Below, one piece after another: positions 29,066 to 38,523 of a DNA stretch of 49,803 bases. The position numbers were made by a program, and so were the translations under genes. This DNA is from Candidatus Bathyarchaeia archaeon (GTDB lineage Archaea; Thermoproteota; Bathyarchaeia; Bathyarchaeales; Bathycorpusculaceae). Location of the stretch: the NCBI GenBank assembly GCA_049969855.1, contig JBMFOB010000010.1, positions 1-49,803 on the forward strand, given 5' to 3'. Position 1 is the stretch's first letter. Every line of letters starts with the position of its first letter. Under the pieces are notes generated by a model, which saw only the letters and a program-made list of their open reading frames with translations, had not been told where the DNA came from and ran no database searches.

Positions 29066-29504
29066 TGTTTGGAGCTTTCCTCTCCCGTAATTCGGCTATT
29101 AAGGTTTCAAATTTTTCTCTGTCTTCTTCAATTCTTTCAGCCACTTGGGCTAGTTGTTGTTGAAGGGAATCTCTTGTTTTCTCTAGATTTTCCAGCCTTT
29201 TTTTTATGATTTCCTTTGCTTCTTCTAATGTTTTTTCGAGGGAAATTCCTGCGCCCATTCCAACGATTACTTTGTCTGGGTTTTCAAGTTTGGCTTTTAT
29301 GTAGGAGTTTCCTCCTATGGGGACGAGGATTTCCGTGTTTTCCTTTTCTTTTTCTAAGCTCTCCAGCGTCATGTTTGCGTAAGTCAAGTCTGTTATGACG
29401 GCGTTTACCGTGTTAATTCTGGACTGTATGGTTTCTGCTGTTTGTTCCAGAAAGCGTATTTCAACGCTTATTTTGCGGAGTTCTTCTTCACTTTTGTTCG
29501 CCAA
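29058..29504 (-). CDS. pfdA: Prefoldin subunit alpha
   Basis: Coiled coils flanking ILVPIGGNSY...VGMGAG. The likely start is TTG 29504. Confidence 0.93.
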   Translation of the reverse strand: MANKSEEELRKISVEIRFLEQTAETIQSRINTVNAVITDLTYANMTLESLEKEKENTEILVPIGGNSYIKAKLENPDKVIVGMGAGISLEKTLEEAKEIIKKRLENLEKTRDSLQQQLAQVAERIEEDREKFETLIAELRERKAPNNV

Positions 29505-29745
29505 CTTCTTCTTCTCCTGAAACAAGTTTTCGTAAGAGTGGATTTTCTATTTCACTGAGTGGAACTTCTTCAACGGTTGTAATTTTTATGTGAAAACGTT
29601 TCACTCTATGTTTACTGCCTAATTCCGCGTAAACCTTTTCCACGGCATGCTCCCGTTTTGCTGCTACAACTTCTTTTCTGAAAGGTGTTTTAAGGTTTGG
29701 CTTTTGGATTTCCCCTATAACTCTGAAAACCTTCACTTTAATCAT
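29488..29745 (-). CDS. rpl18a: 50S ribosomal protein eL20 (L18Ae/LX)
   Basis: KVFRVIG, F.KEV and AVEKVYAELGSKHRVKR. Confidence 0.93.
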   Translation of the reverse strand: MIKVKVFRVIGEIQKPNLKTPFRKEVVAAKREHAVEKVYAELGSKHRVKRFHIKITTVEEVPLSEIENPLLRKLVSGEEEVGEQK

Positions 29746-30418
29746 CCTCTTTCACAACATCCAAGGCATTCCCAATTATAAACATCTCGGGTCCAGTTGT
29801 TAAGGAGCCAGCTATAGCCGCATATCTGTTGCCAATCAAGCCGGTACCAACATATGGTATCCCACAATTAACGGTGCCCACGTCAACTGGAACTTTTAAT
29901 ACGTCTTCCAAAAGTTTTCGCTCCGAATCCTTCAACATGGGATGGGTTAAAACTCCCTTGTTTGTGGCGAAAGCCAAAGACCCAACATATGGTAAACCAG
30001 CAATTTCGCCTGGCACTGCTTCAACGTCGAGGGTTTCAGAGATTTCCTTTATTTCTTGACTCTTTAACCTTGGGTCTACAATGGCGCCGTAATCGTTTGC
30101 TAAAACCATGTTTCCATAAGCAGTTTTTTTTGTTTCCATCACTTTTATGTTTCCCTCAAAAACAGATTTCATGGTTTCAAGCTCCTCTTCCCTAACAAAA
30201 TGTGGAAGCAAAATTCCATTGGAGTTTGCACATGCAAGGGCGCCTACCAAAACTGAACCGCCAATTGTTGCGTGAATAAGTTTTACTTTAAGCCATTTTT
30301 CAATCCTTTCAGCCTTTTTAATTGGAACCAGTTTGGGAATTATTACCGTCTTATCCGTGGCAAGGGAATACACGCCTATGCTTGGGCTTCCAAAAAGGCT
30401 GGAAAGGTAAACTGCCAA
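29738..30418 (-). CDS. eif6: Translation initiation factor aIF-6
   Basis: IGVY, ANSNG, GNMVLAND, GTVN.G and TTGPE. Confidence 0.95.
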   Translation of the reverse strand: MAVYLSSLFGSPSIGVYSLATDKTVIIPKLVPIKKAERIEKWLKVKLIHATIGGSVLVGALACANSNGILLPHFVREEELETMKSVFEGNIKVMETKKTAYGNMVLANDYGAIVDPRLKSQEIKEISETLDVEAVPGEIAGLPYVGSLAFATNKGVLTHPMLKDSERKLLEDVLKVPVDVGTVNCGIPYVGTGLIGNRYAAIAGSLTTGPEMFIIGNALDVVKEDD

Positions 30419-30550
30419 GGGTTAATCTCCTTCTGTTTTATGGTGATTTATTATTGCATTCATTTTATCTCACAACTATTTAGCAGTGAAACTTATATGT
30501 TTAGCTTTTAATCCATTTTGCCATGTTTTCTTCTAAATTAGCAACGCATG

Positions 30551-31519
30551 TTAGTTTTGAAGCGCCTCAAGCATTGCTATTCCGCTTTCCCTCAAAATTC
30601 GCGTGTCATTTTCAGCTAGACCCCAACCGCCATTAGCATCGAACAATAGCACATATACAAAGAATTCAAAATTCTTTCTGCAATACTCTACGAATTCTGT
30701 AACCAGTTTAGCCTTAATGGTTTCGTTTGACACCATTGCGAAGTCCCATTCATAATCTGGTCGCCATGTTCTGAAACCATATTCGCTCATGTAGACTTCT
30801 TTTCCTGTTTGTTTGAAATATGCTGCCCACAGTTCAATGTATGTTGTATTCATATAGTTCCATTGCGGGCTGAAGGGCATTATTCCGTAAAGGTCAGCGT
30901 TCGGAATGTATGGAACTGGAAAATCGCTAGGATTGCCTTCAGTGTCCATAGAAACTTTTAACCCGAAACTCTTGACGTAATCTACAATGTCTATTAAAGC
31001 TTTAGTATAGTTTGAATCTTTTAACTTTTGGTTAATCTTTTCGTTTGATTGGTTAAAAGGTATTGGATAGAGAACTGCTATAAATGGAACGTGATCATAC
31101 TTGTGTGTAGTGATATTTCCGCAAATTGCGCCTAGTTCCCTCTTATAATTGTTAATAATCGTCTCGTTTGGAAAATCTATGGTGGGATATTTATGTCCCC
31201 AGTATGTGGCATGGGTTGCAAATATTACTTTTAACCCAATCTTTTTTGTGTAGTTAAGAAGGGGCTCAACGATATCGCTGTCTACAATATTCTCATAAAA
31301 TATCTTAACACCATCGAATCCCATCCCTCTAATCAACATTAGGTCAGAGATAATCTCGGTCATGTTGCATTGTCTCGTTCCTAAAGGCTGATATGCGCAG
31401 AAAGCCAAACTCTTCCGCTTTTGACTAGTCGTCAGAAGGTATCCGACTGCTGCAACCAAAATAATGAAAATTAGAATTAGGGTTATTCCAAATTTTTTGT
31501 CTATAACACTAGCCTTCAT
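30551..31519 (-). CDS. Membrane-anchored/secreted TIM-barrel protein, glycoside-hydrolase (clan GH-A)-like
   Basis: N-terminal TM, DLMLIRGMGFDGVKIF, VYMSEYG, GWGL, and nine N-x-S/T sequons. Confidence 0.55.
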   Translation of the reverse strand: MKASVIDKKFGITLILIFIILVAAVGYLLTTSQKRKSLAFCAYQPLGTRQCNMTEIISDLMLIRGMGFDGVKIFYENIVDSDIVEPLLNYTKKIGLKVIFATHATYWGHKYPTIDFPNETIINNYKRELGAICGNITTHKYDHVPFIAVLYPIPFNQSNEKINQKLKDSNYTKALIDIVDYVKSFGLKVSMDTEGNPSDFPVPYIPNADLYGIMPFSPQWNYMNTTYIELWAAYFKQTGKEVYMSEYGFRTWRPDYEWDFAMVSNETIKAKLVTEFVEYCRKNFEFFVYVLLFDANGGWGLAENDTRILRESGIAMLEALQN

Positions 31520-31538
31520 GATTGTAACTTTAGCGGAA

Positions 31539-31581
31539 GTTTTGTTTAAAAGATTTTATGAATTTCCCTTTAAAACAAAAC
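31539..31581. repeat. 14-bp imperfect inverted repeat (13/14 match, 15-nt spacer) between rpl31e and the inserted gene
   Basis: GTTTTGTTTAAAAG (31539-31552) versus CTTTAAAACAAAAC (31568-31581). Confidence 0.6.
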
Positions 31582-31588
31582 GCCCAAG

Positions 31589-32095
31589 TTAGTCTCCTTC
31601 AGCCAAATAAACAGTAACATTGCCCTCTTTATCTTTTGCAGCCCTAACCCTAACCTTTCTTGGAGGTTTCTCTATACCTCTGCTCCAAACTTTTTCATTA
31701 ACTTCATTACTAATAATGAACTTTTTAGGCTCTTCTTCCTCTTCCCCCTCCCCCTCTTTCTTCTCAAGTTTCATATGTTTAATCAAAAAACTCTTAATTA
31801 TCCGCATGGCTCTAGGCGCCCTCTTCCTCGGCGGTCCAATCCACGCTTTACCTAACGGAATAGTGTAAATTCTTTCTTCAACTATTTCTTCTTCTGGCTT
31901 TTCTTCCCGTGGCGGTGGTTTAGCCTCTTCTTCCTTTGATGGCGGAGGCGCCTCTTCTTCCGTTACTGTTTCAGTCGTTTCCTCTGCTTTTTCCTCTTTT
32001 TCTTCCTCTATTGTTTCTTCTGTTTTGGCTTCTTCTGCCGTTTCCGTTAACTCTTGTTCCTCTTCGATTGACTCTTCCTCTTTTTCTTCTTCCAT
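31589..32095 (-). CDS. rpl31e: 50S ribosomal protein eL31 with long acidic N-terminal extension
   Basis: ERIYTIPL, RAPRA and NEKVWSRGIEKPPRKVRV. ATG 32095 follows GAGG just after the rpl39e stop. Confidence 0.93.
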   Translation of the reverse strand: MEEEKEEESIEEEQELTETAEEAKTEETIEEEKEEKAEETTETVTEEEAPPPSKEEEAKPPPREEKPEEEIVEERIYTIPLGKAWIGPPRKRAPRAMRIIKSFLIKHMKLEKKEGEGEEEEEPKKFIISNEVNEKVWSRGIEKPPRKVRVRAAKDKEGNVTVYLAEGD

Positions 32096-32106
32096 AACTA
32101 TTCCTC

Positions 32107-32262
32107 TTAAGCCTTTATTTTTCTGGTTCTCCACTGCCTTCTTTTAGGATGCGTTCTAAATTTTCCCTCTGTTTTCGCTATAACCCATGTTGGAACAGCC
32201 TTCTTCTGTTTTCCAGCTTTTGCCAGTCTCCGCTTCTTTGCCGTGGGCTTGTTTCTAGCCAT
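32107..32262 (-). CDS. rpl39e: 50S ribosomal protein eL39 (absent from the ORF track)
   Basis: Hand translation gives [51 protein letters not shown] (51 aa), in the canonical position before rpl31e. Confidence 0.95.
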   Translation of the reverse strand: MARNKPTAKKRRLAKAGKQKKAVPTWVIAKTEGKFRTHPKRRQWRTRKIKA

Positions 32263-32264
32263 AC

Positions 32265-32588
32265 CTATATCCTTCTTATGCGTGGTTCACGTCTTTGAGA
32301 TTGAAGTTGAATAAGTATTTCTTTTAATTGCGCATCTGTTAATGGTACGGGTAGTTTTCCTTGCTGTGCCAGTTGAATTAGCTGAAGTTCCAATTGTTCT
32401 GTGAATTCTGGTCTAACCATTTTCAAGTTTGTAAGCCTTTGTCTAGCATCTGGCGTTAGTATTTTTCTAAGCAAAGCCTGTTTTTGCTGTTCTATCTGCG
32501 CTTGTTTTTGCTCTTCAGCCAGCTTCTGCTGTAAGGCTAAAAGTTTTCTTCTTCTAAGCTCTTCCAGCTCATCTTCGTCCTCAGACAA
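32265..32588 (-). CDS. PDCD5-like DNA-binding protein
   Basis: [10 protein letters not shown]...[10 protein letters not shown]...LIQLAQQG. Confidence 0.92.
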   Translation of the reverse strand: MSEDEDELEELRRRKLLALQQKLAEEQKQAQIEQQKQALLRKILTPDARQRLTNLKMVRPEFTEQLELQLIQLAQQGKLPVPLTDAQLKEILIQLQSQRREPRIRRI

Positions 32589-32590
32589 TT

Positions 32591-33046
32591 TTACTCACCC
32601 TTTTGGTATTTCTCCAGCTCTGGAAGTTCCTTACCAACTTCTTCAGCTATTTCCTGCAAAAGTTTTCTGCCTTCCCGCGTCATCCTTCTTCCTTTAGGCT
32701 TTGAAGTTTCAATCAAACCTGCAGCTTCCAACTGTTGTAACGCCTTCCTTATTATTGAACCGCCTGCTTTAACCACATGCTCTGGTTTAACACCGAAATC
32801 CTTCCTTCCCCCATAATCAGCCCTCAATTTTTCCAAACCCAAAGGTCCATGAATGTAAATCTTTCTCAAAAGCGAAGCGCAGCGGATATACCACCAATCA
32901 GAGTTTTGAGGTTGCCTCTGGACATGCGGCCCAGTCTTTGCAATGCTAGCCCAGCTTGGCGGATTTATCTCATCCACATTTTCCTTTAGATACTTGGCTA
33001 GCTTTTCGATAAACTTGGACGCTGGAACATCATGAGGCGTTGTCAA
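32591..33046 (-). CDS. rps19e: 30S ribosomal protein eS19
   Basis: WWYIRCASLLRK, YGG and IRKALQQLE. Confidence 0.96.
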   Translation of the reverse strand: MTTPHDVPASKFIEKLAKYLKENVDEINPPSWASIAKTGPHVQRQPQNSDWWYIRCASLLRKIYIHGPLGLEKLRADYGGRKDFGVKPEHVVKAGGSIIRKALQQLEAAGLIETSKPKGRRMTREGRKLLQEIAEEVGKELPELEKYQKGE

Positions 33047-33102
33047 CTTCTTTAATCCTCTACTTTTCCTTCAGTAAATCATGAAGCCTCATATAAAGGC
33101 TT

Positions 33103-33384
33103 TCACTTTTTGCGGCGCTTATAAAGCATGAATGTATGTCCCCTAACCTCCACCAGTGATGCTCCTGTGTCTTCGGCAATTTTTGAAGCTACTTCCTTTG
33201 CCTTGTTTTCTTCAAGAGCACTTTTCAAAACTTTAACCTTAACCATTTCATTTTTATCCAATTGTTTCTCAATTTCTTTCAAAAGCTCTTTAGAAGCCCC
33301 GCTTTTGCCGACCCATATTGTAGGCTTTTCTCCGCCTAATCTGCGCTTAATTCGGCGTTTCATTCCAGCAGTCATTTTACTCAA
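33103..33384 (-). CDS. yhbY: YhbY/CRM-domain RNA-binding protein
   Basis: VGKSG, EMVKVK and VRGHTFMLYK. Confidence 0.88.
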   Translation of the reverse strand: MSKMTAGMKRRIKRRLGGEKPTIWVGKSGASKELLKEIEKQLDKNEMVKVKVLKSALEENKAKEVASKIAEDTGASLVEVRGHTFMLYKRRKK

Positions 33385-33703
33385 TGCTCTTTTGCTCCTT
33401 TTTCGTTTTTAATGGTATGCGCATGTGTTTGCCACAGTTTAAGCAAGTAATCACCACATGGGGTTCTCTCCGCTTCTTTAGGCGAACACGGGAATTAACT
33501 CCTGGCAAAATAAAACTTTTACAGTGCCTGCAAACTTGACGCCTAAACTCTCTGGGTAAGCGAACCTTGGCTGCCATAGCTATTTTTCTAGCCAAGTCCA
33601 CGTATCGTTGTGCTAATGCTGAGTCTTCATGATAGACTTCTCGTGCTAATTGGAAAAGCGTTTGTATGCGCTGCATTGCAATGCGTTTTGTGGTTGTATC
33701 CAT
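33377..33703 (-). CDS. rnp4: Ribonuclease P protein component 4 (Rpp21)
   Basis: IAMQRIQTL, RYV.LA, CRHC...PG...CLNCG. The start is probably ATG 33703. Confidence 0.93.
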   Translation of the reverse strand: MDTTTKRIAMQRIQTLFQLAREVYHEDSALAQRYVDLARKIAMAAKVRLPREFRRQVCRHCKSFILPGVNSRVRLKKRREPHVVITCLNCGKHMRIPLKTKKEQKSIE

Positions 33704-33771
33704 ACTTTTCCGCACTACTCCATCTATAACAAATATTTAAAGAGCCTTATTACCATTTGCGAATGCAAAAA

Positions 33772-34575
33772 CTACGTTTTTCCTTTCGCTCTTTCCATAT
33801 CCCAACGCTTGAATACTTCTTCCGCAATTTGCGGTCTCAAAACAAAAATGTCTTCAGGATGCTCCACATACAAATAAACCATGTAAACACGTTCAAAAGC
33901 GCCCGACCTAACAAGCATATAACTTGGCTTTTTAGGAAGCATATGCGCATACCTTTCAAAAACTTCGTTGAAGATTTCCGCAATTTTTATGCTAGAAATG
34001 GTGTGGTCGAAGCCTATCTCGAAAGTGTAGCAGTAAAGGCTCAAGTGTTCCTCGCTTTCATAAGAGTAGTTAGTTATATCTCTGTCCATGATTTGAATAT
34101 TGCTGATGGAGACAACATTGTTTCCGATTGTGAGAATTTTTGTGTAGTTAATTGTAATTTCTTGAACTATTCCTTCCACGGTTCCTATGCGGACGTAATC
34201 GCCAACCCTGAAGGGTCTTGTGGCGAACAAGTAAAGTCCTGCTATAAAATTTCCAATGGTCTGAGTGGATGCGAAGCCGACGGCTGTGCCTCCGAGGGCG
34301 GAGAAGGCTACAATCCATTCTGATGGTAATCCGCCAACTCTGAATAGGGCGAATGTGGCTCCAATCAATATTAATATTCTAAATGTCAAAACCATGCTGT
34401 TTGCTACATGTGGCGCTAGACGTGCTCTCCTTGCAAACTTTCTCAAATATCTTGTTATAACCCTTTCCAGAATGAGCGCAACAACGCCTATAATAATTAT
34501 CCAAATAATAGTTGACAGGCTAACTCCGAATAGGGTTTGAGATTCCAAATATTCAAAGAAGTTTTGAGCGGTCAT
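33772..34575 (-). CDS. mscS: Small-conductance mechanosensitive channel family protein
   Basis: Three TMs, GFASTQTIGNFIAG and PFRVGDYVRIG. Confidence 0.87.
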   Translation of the reverse strand: MTAQNFFEYLESQTLFGVSLSTIIWIIIIGVVALILERVITRYLRKFARRARLAPHVANSMVLTFRILILIGATFALFRVGGLPSEWIVAFSALGGTAVGFASTQTIGNFIAGLYLFATRPFRVGDYVRIGTVEGIVQEITINYTKILTIGNNVVSISNIQIMDRDITNYSYESEEHLSLYCYTFEIGFDHTISSIKIAEIFNEVFERYAHMLPKKPSYMLVRSGAFERVYMVYLYVEHPEDIFVLRPQIAEEVFKRWDMERAKGKT

Positions 34576-34626
34576 GGTTTATTCCGTTTTGTTTTGCATG
34601 TTAAACTTTTCTTCTATAAAGCCTTT

Positions 34627-35811
34627 TCATTCTCTTTTAACCTTTGACAAAAGAGCAATCGCCAAAATCTGGAATGCCACAGCATAAAACATCACGGCAA
34701 CAAACGACATTTGCAAATCTATGAATAAGCCGAATATTCCGCCGCTTATGAGTTCGCCGAAACCGTAAACAACATTAAATAAGCCGTAGGCTGTGCCCCG
34801 CGAAGAAATTGGTGTAAGCCCCGAAACTGCTGCACGATAAATTGACTCTTGCATTCCCAACACTAAGCCTGAAAAGACTGAGGCAACCATAAGCGTTGGA
34901 AGTTCATTGTTGCTCATGGCGAATAATGCTGGAAATATAGAAAGCGCGAAGGGTAAAACTAGAACTTTTATTCCAAACTTGTCATAGGCATATCCCGAAA
35001 TAAGGGCTGTGGGTGCATCCACTCCTTGAATAAGCAAATACATTAATGGCACAATCCACTGCTGCCCAATTGGGTTAAGAAGCTCAGACGCCCTGAAAAG
35101 TATAAGTTTAGCCGACATAAGCCCAACAGTGTTCATTAAAACAGCGAGCGTATAAATGTAGAAGAATTTTGGCAACTTCTCTCTTTTCTCCCTAGCTTTC
35201 GATGTTTCAGCGGTTGTTTTGGACCCTATTCTCTTGTAAGTGTAGGCTAAAACCACCAAAAGAATTAGGAAAGGTATTAATAAAAAGCTGAAAGTGTAGC
35301 TGTAATTGTTGTTTGTTGAAAACATTAAAGTCGCTACTAAAAGTGGTCCAAGAATAGCGCCAATCTGATCCAAAAACTCATGAATGCCAAAGGCTTTGCC
35401 TGCGCCGACGTCTTTGCTTACGATGGATAGGACTGCGTCTCTCGAAGGCGCCCTAAGGGCTTTACCAAATCTTTCAAGAAGAATGAGGATTATGGCTATT
35501 TCTAGGGTTGCTGAAACTCCTAAAAGAGGAACTGAAACAATCAACCCATAGCCCAAAAATATGAAAAGCCAATAAGCCCGTGTTGTGTCGGCTAAGAATC
35601 CGCTGAAAAATCTCATGGCGTTGCCTAAAAATTCGCCGAATCCCACAACCAATCCCGCAATAAATCCTGTTGCCCCTAAAAACTTCAGATAGTCTGGAAT
35701 TATGCCTCCGGAGCCTTCGTAAACCACATCGCCCATTAGGCTGACAATTCCTAAGAGGAGGATGCCCATGTAAGCGGCTTTGTTGATTTTTGATTTTGTT
35801 TCTTTCTGCAT
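34627..35811 (-). CDS. MFS transporter
   Basis: About 12 TMs; SGFLAD, ERFGKALRAPSRD and DQIGAILGP. Confidence 0.9.
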   Translation of the reverse strand: MQKETKSKINKAAYMGILLLGIVSLMGDVVYEGSGGIIPDYLKFLGATGFIAGLVVGFGEFLGNAMRFFSGFLADTTRAYWLFIFLGYGLIVSVPLLGVSATLEIAIILILLERFGKALRAPSRDAVLSIVSKDVGAGKAFGIHEFLDQIGAILGPLLVATLMFSTNNNYSYTFSFLLIPFLILLVVLAYTYKRIGSKTTAETSKAREKREKLPKFFYIYTLAVLMNTVGLMSAKLILFRASELLNPIGQQWIVPLMYLLIQGVDAPTALISGYAYDKFGIKVLVLPFALSIFPALFAMSNNELPTLMVASVFSGLVLGMQESIYRAAVSGLTPISSRGTAYGLFNVVYGFGELISGGIFGLFIDLQMSFVAVMFYAVAFQILAIALLSKVKRE

Positions 35812-35934
35812 TATTTTCGTCCCAAATCTTGCATGAGATTCAACTGTAATTCATTTAGGAAGTTTATGTGTTTTGGGGAAAGCTTTTATTAAGGTTTCAG
35901 TGTATGTTTGCGATGTTTTAAAGGTTGAAGGATT

Positions 35935-36642
35935 ATGAGTTTGCAGAAGGGCGACTTCATACTAATAGACTACGTAGCAAAAGTGAAGGAAACAGGCGAA
36001 GTTTTCGACACAACAATGGAGGAAACCGCCAAAAAGGAGCATTTATACAAGGAAGGAGAAATTTACGAGCCTAAACTAGTAGTCATCGGCGAAGGATGGG
36101 TCCTCAAGGCTTTAGATGAAAACCTAACAACTATGGAAGTTGGAAAGACAAATTCTGTGGAGATTCCGCCTGAAAAAGCCTTTGGACCCCGAGATTCAGA
36201 AAAGGTTAAGCGTGTTCCCTTAAGACACTTAACGGCTAAAGGCATAACCCCAAGCCTTGGAATGCGTTTAGAATATGATGGAAAAATGGCTACCGTAAGA
36301 GCTTTGGGAGCTGGAAGAGTTCTCTTAGATTTCAATCCGCCATTGGCTGGAAAAACATTAGTTTATGAAGTTAAGGTTCAAAAGAAACTTGAAACATTAA
36401 ACGAAAAAATTGCTGCACTAATACACCGCAGAATACCAGCCGTAGAAGAAAGCAAATTCAAATTTGTTGTCAGACAGAAAATTGTTAGTATAGAAATGCC
36501 TGAAGAAGCCTTCTATTTGGAGGGAATACAAATAGCAAAAAGAGGCATAGCCATGGACTTACAGAGGTTTTTCCCAAAAATCACGACAGTAAAATTCACG
36601 GAAACGTTCAAGGCGCAACCAAAAACCGAAGCCAAACAATAA
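35935..36642 (+). CDS. Long-type archaeal FKBP peptidyl-prolyl isomerase
   Basis: VFDTT, IPPEKAFG and DFNPPLAGKTL, plus a C-terminal extension. Confidence 0.9.
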   Translation: MSLQKGDFILIDYVAKVKETGEVFDTTMEETAKKEHLYKEGEIYEPKLVVIGEGWVLKALDENLTTMEVGKTNSVEIPPEKAFGPRDSEKVKRVPLRHLTAKGITPSLGMRLEYDGKMATVRALGAGRVLLDFNPPLAGKTLVYEVKVQKKLETLNEKIAALIHRRIPAVEESKFKFVVRQKIVSIEMPEEAFYLEGIQIAKRGIAMDLQRFFPKITTVKFTETFKAQPKTEAKQ

Positions 36643-36646
36643 AAGT

Positions 36647-37711
36647 TTATATCACTTCCGTTATCTTTGCAAGTTTCTCGAAATCTTCCCTTTTCCAGTT
36701 TAGCTTGTTGAGGATTGTGTATCTGTCTGGTCTTATTGATGCTGCTATCTCTAAAGCCTTCGCAATGTTTTCTTTTTCCACCCCAAGCTCCTCAGCATTT
36801 GTAGGAGCACCCAACTTTTTCAGCGTGTTCTTAATGCCTTTCCAGTTCGCTCTGTGAAGATAAGCCATCATGATTGTGCCTACACCGCATTGTTCGCCGT
36901 GCATGGCATGCTTAGGTGCAGTAACATCTAGAGCGTGGCTGAAGAGGTGTTCTGAACCGCTGCAAGGACGGCTGCTTCCAGCAATACTCATTGAAACTCC
37001 ACAGCTTATTAGGGCTTCTATCAAAACTCGCAATCCTTCCTCGTTTTCTGATTTCATTAAGTCTGCGCTTTGCATCACCAATTTTGCGCTCATTAAGGCG
37101 AGACTTGCAGCGTAGCTTCCATAATACTCATTGTTTTCTTTGTGCGCCAGCCTCCAATCTCTTACTGCTGTTAACTTTGCAATTACGTCTCCGCAGCCGC
37201 TTATGGCGAAACGCCATGGTGCCTTCATTATTATGTTTGTGTCGGCGATTATGGCTATGGGTGCTTGGGCTAAAACGGAATAGGGTTTTTCGAGGCCTTT
37301 CACTGAGGATAGGGGGCTTGCAATTCCGTCATGGGATGCTGTTGTTGGAACGCTGATGAATGGGATTTTCTGCCTTGCAGAACCTAATTTTGCAACGTCT
37401 ATTTTTGTTCCTCCGCCAACTCCAAAAACAACCTGAGGCTTCAGAACCTTTATTTTCTCTTCAACAGCTTCCAAATCCTTTACTGTGGCTGACTCTACAA
37501 GGAATGTGTCAACTTTTATTCCTTCTGTTTCAAGGAGTTCTTTAACTGTTTTTCCTGCAATATCATATGTTTTAACTCCAGCAATTATTAGGGCTGATTT
37601 CGTGAATCCTAACCGTTTAGAGATGTCTGCGGCATGTTCTATGGTTCCGTTTCCTACAAGCACCTCTCTTGGAAGTTGCATGCGATGGTGTTTTAAAGTC
37701 AAATCAACCAC
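36647..37711 (-). CDS. egsA: sn-glycerol-1-phosphate dehydrogenase
   Basis: GGGTKIDVAK, PTTASHDG, SRPCSGSEHLFSHALD and HGEQCG. Confidence 0.94.
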   Translation of the reverse strand: MVDLTLKHHRMQLPREVLVGNGTIEHAADISKRLGFTKSALIIAGVKTYDIAGKTVKELLETEGIKVDTFLVESATVKDLEAVEEKIKVLKPQVVFGVGGGTKIDVAKLGSARQKIPFISVPTTASHDGIASPLSSVKGLEKPYSVLAQAPIAIIADTNIIMKAPWRFAISGCGDVIAKLTAVRDWRLAHKENNEYYGSYAASLALMSAKLVMQSADLMKSENEEGLRVLIEALISCGVSMSIAGSSRPCSGSEHLFSHALDVTAPKHAMHGEQCGVGTIMMAYLHRANWKGIKNTLKKLGAPTNAEELGVEKENIAKALEIAASIRPDRYTILNKLNWKREDFEKLAKITEVI

Positions 37712-37871
37712 ATTTTATGGCTTTAAACCTTCCTTTATTTTCTCTGCTTTTATGTTTAAGTCTTACCTTTTCTAAACCGTAATGTTAATAAATGTCATGG
37801 GCATGATTAAATGATGCTGCTTCCTAGCGAAGTAAACCCGCGATGTATTTAGGTTTTGGGGGAAATTTAGA

Positions 37872-38510
37872 ATGGTAAACAAAGATATGGCCAATCAATT
37901 AATGTTGAAGGGAACGACTACAATAGGCGTCGTTTGCAAAGACGGCGTCATATTGGCTTCAGACACCCGCGTAACTATGGGTTTTTATGTGGCTCACAAA
38001 CATGGGAAAAAAGTGTATAAAATAGACAATCACTTAGCGATGACCATTTCCGGAACTGTAGCAGATGCGCAAAGAACTGTTGACGTACTTACGGCGAATG
38101 CGCAGCTTTACAAAATTAACATGAGTAGACCCTTGCCCATAAGTTCTGCTGCGAGGTTGGTGGCGAACCTTTTCTTTTCCTCAAGGTATGCGCCTTTGCT
38201 TACGCAGGTTCTTGTTGGTGGTATAGATGATACTGGGCCTCATGTGTATTCTCTAGATCCCTTTGGCAGTTTAACAGAAGAAAAATGTGTTGCCACGGGT
38301 TCGGGTTCGCCAATAGCTTACGGCGTCTTAGAAGACAAGTATAAGGAGGGCATGTCCGTGGCAGAGCTTTTGCCGATAATTGTTAAAGCTGTTAATTCTG
38401 CTATGAAGCGGGATGCAGCCAGCGGCGACAGCTTTAACGTTGCAGTTATAGATGATAAGGGTTATCGTGAGTTGACTGATGAGGAAAAGGAAAAACTTCT
38501 AACAGATTGA
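37872..38510 (+). CDS. psmB: Proteasome beta subunit
   Basis: Propeptide ending LKG|TTT, GSGS and RDAASG. Confidence 0.96.
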   Translation: MVNKDMANQLMLKGTTTIGVVCKDGVILASDTRVTMGFYVAHKHGKKVYKIDNHLAMTISGTVADAQRTVDVLTANAQLYKINMSRPLPISSAARLVANLFFSSRYAPLLTQVLVGGIDDTGPHVYSLDPFGSLTEEKCVATGSGSPIAYGVLEDKYKEGMSVAELLPIIVKAVNSAMKRDAASGDSFNVAVIDDKGYRELTDEEKEKLLTD

Positions 38511-38523
38511 GGAAGTTAAAATC

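Noticed and set aside
31880-32095. TTC/TCC-rich low-complexity DNA resembling a tandem repeat
   Set aside because: It encodes the Glu-rich eL31 extension; there is no fixed repeat unit or spacer structure.
33757-34323. 188-aa plus-strand ORF
   Set aside because: Antisense shadow of mscS with no motifs.
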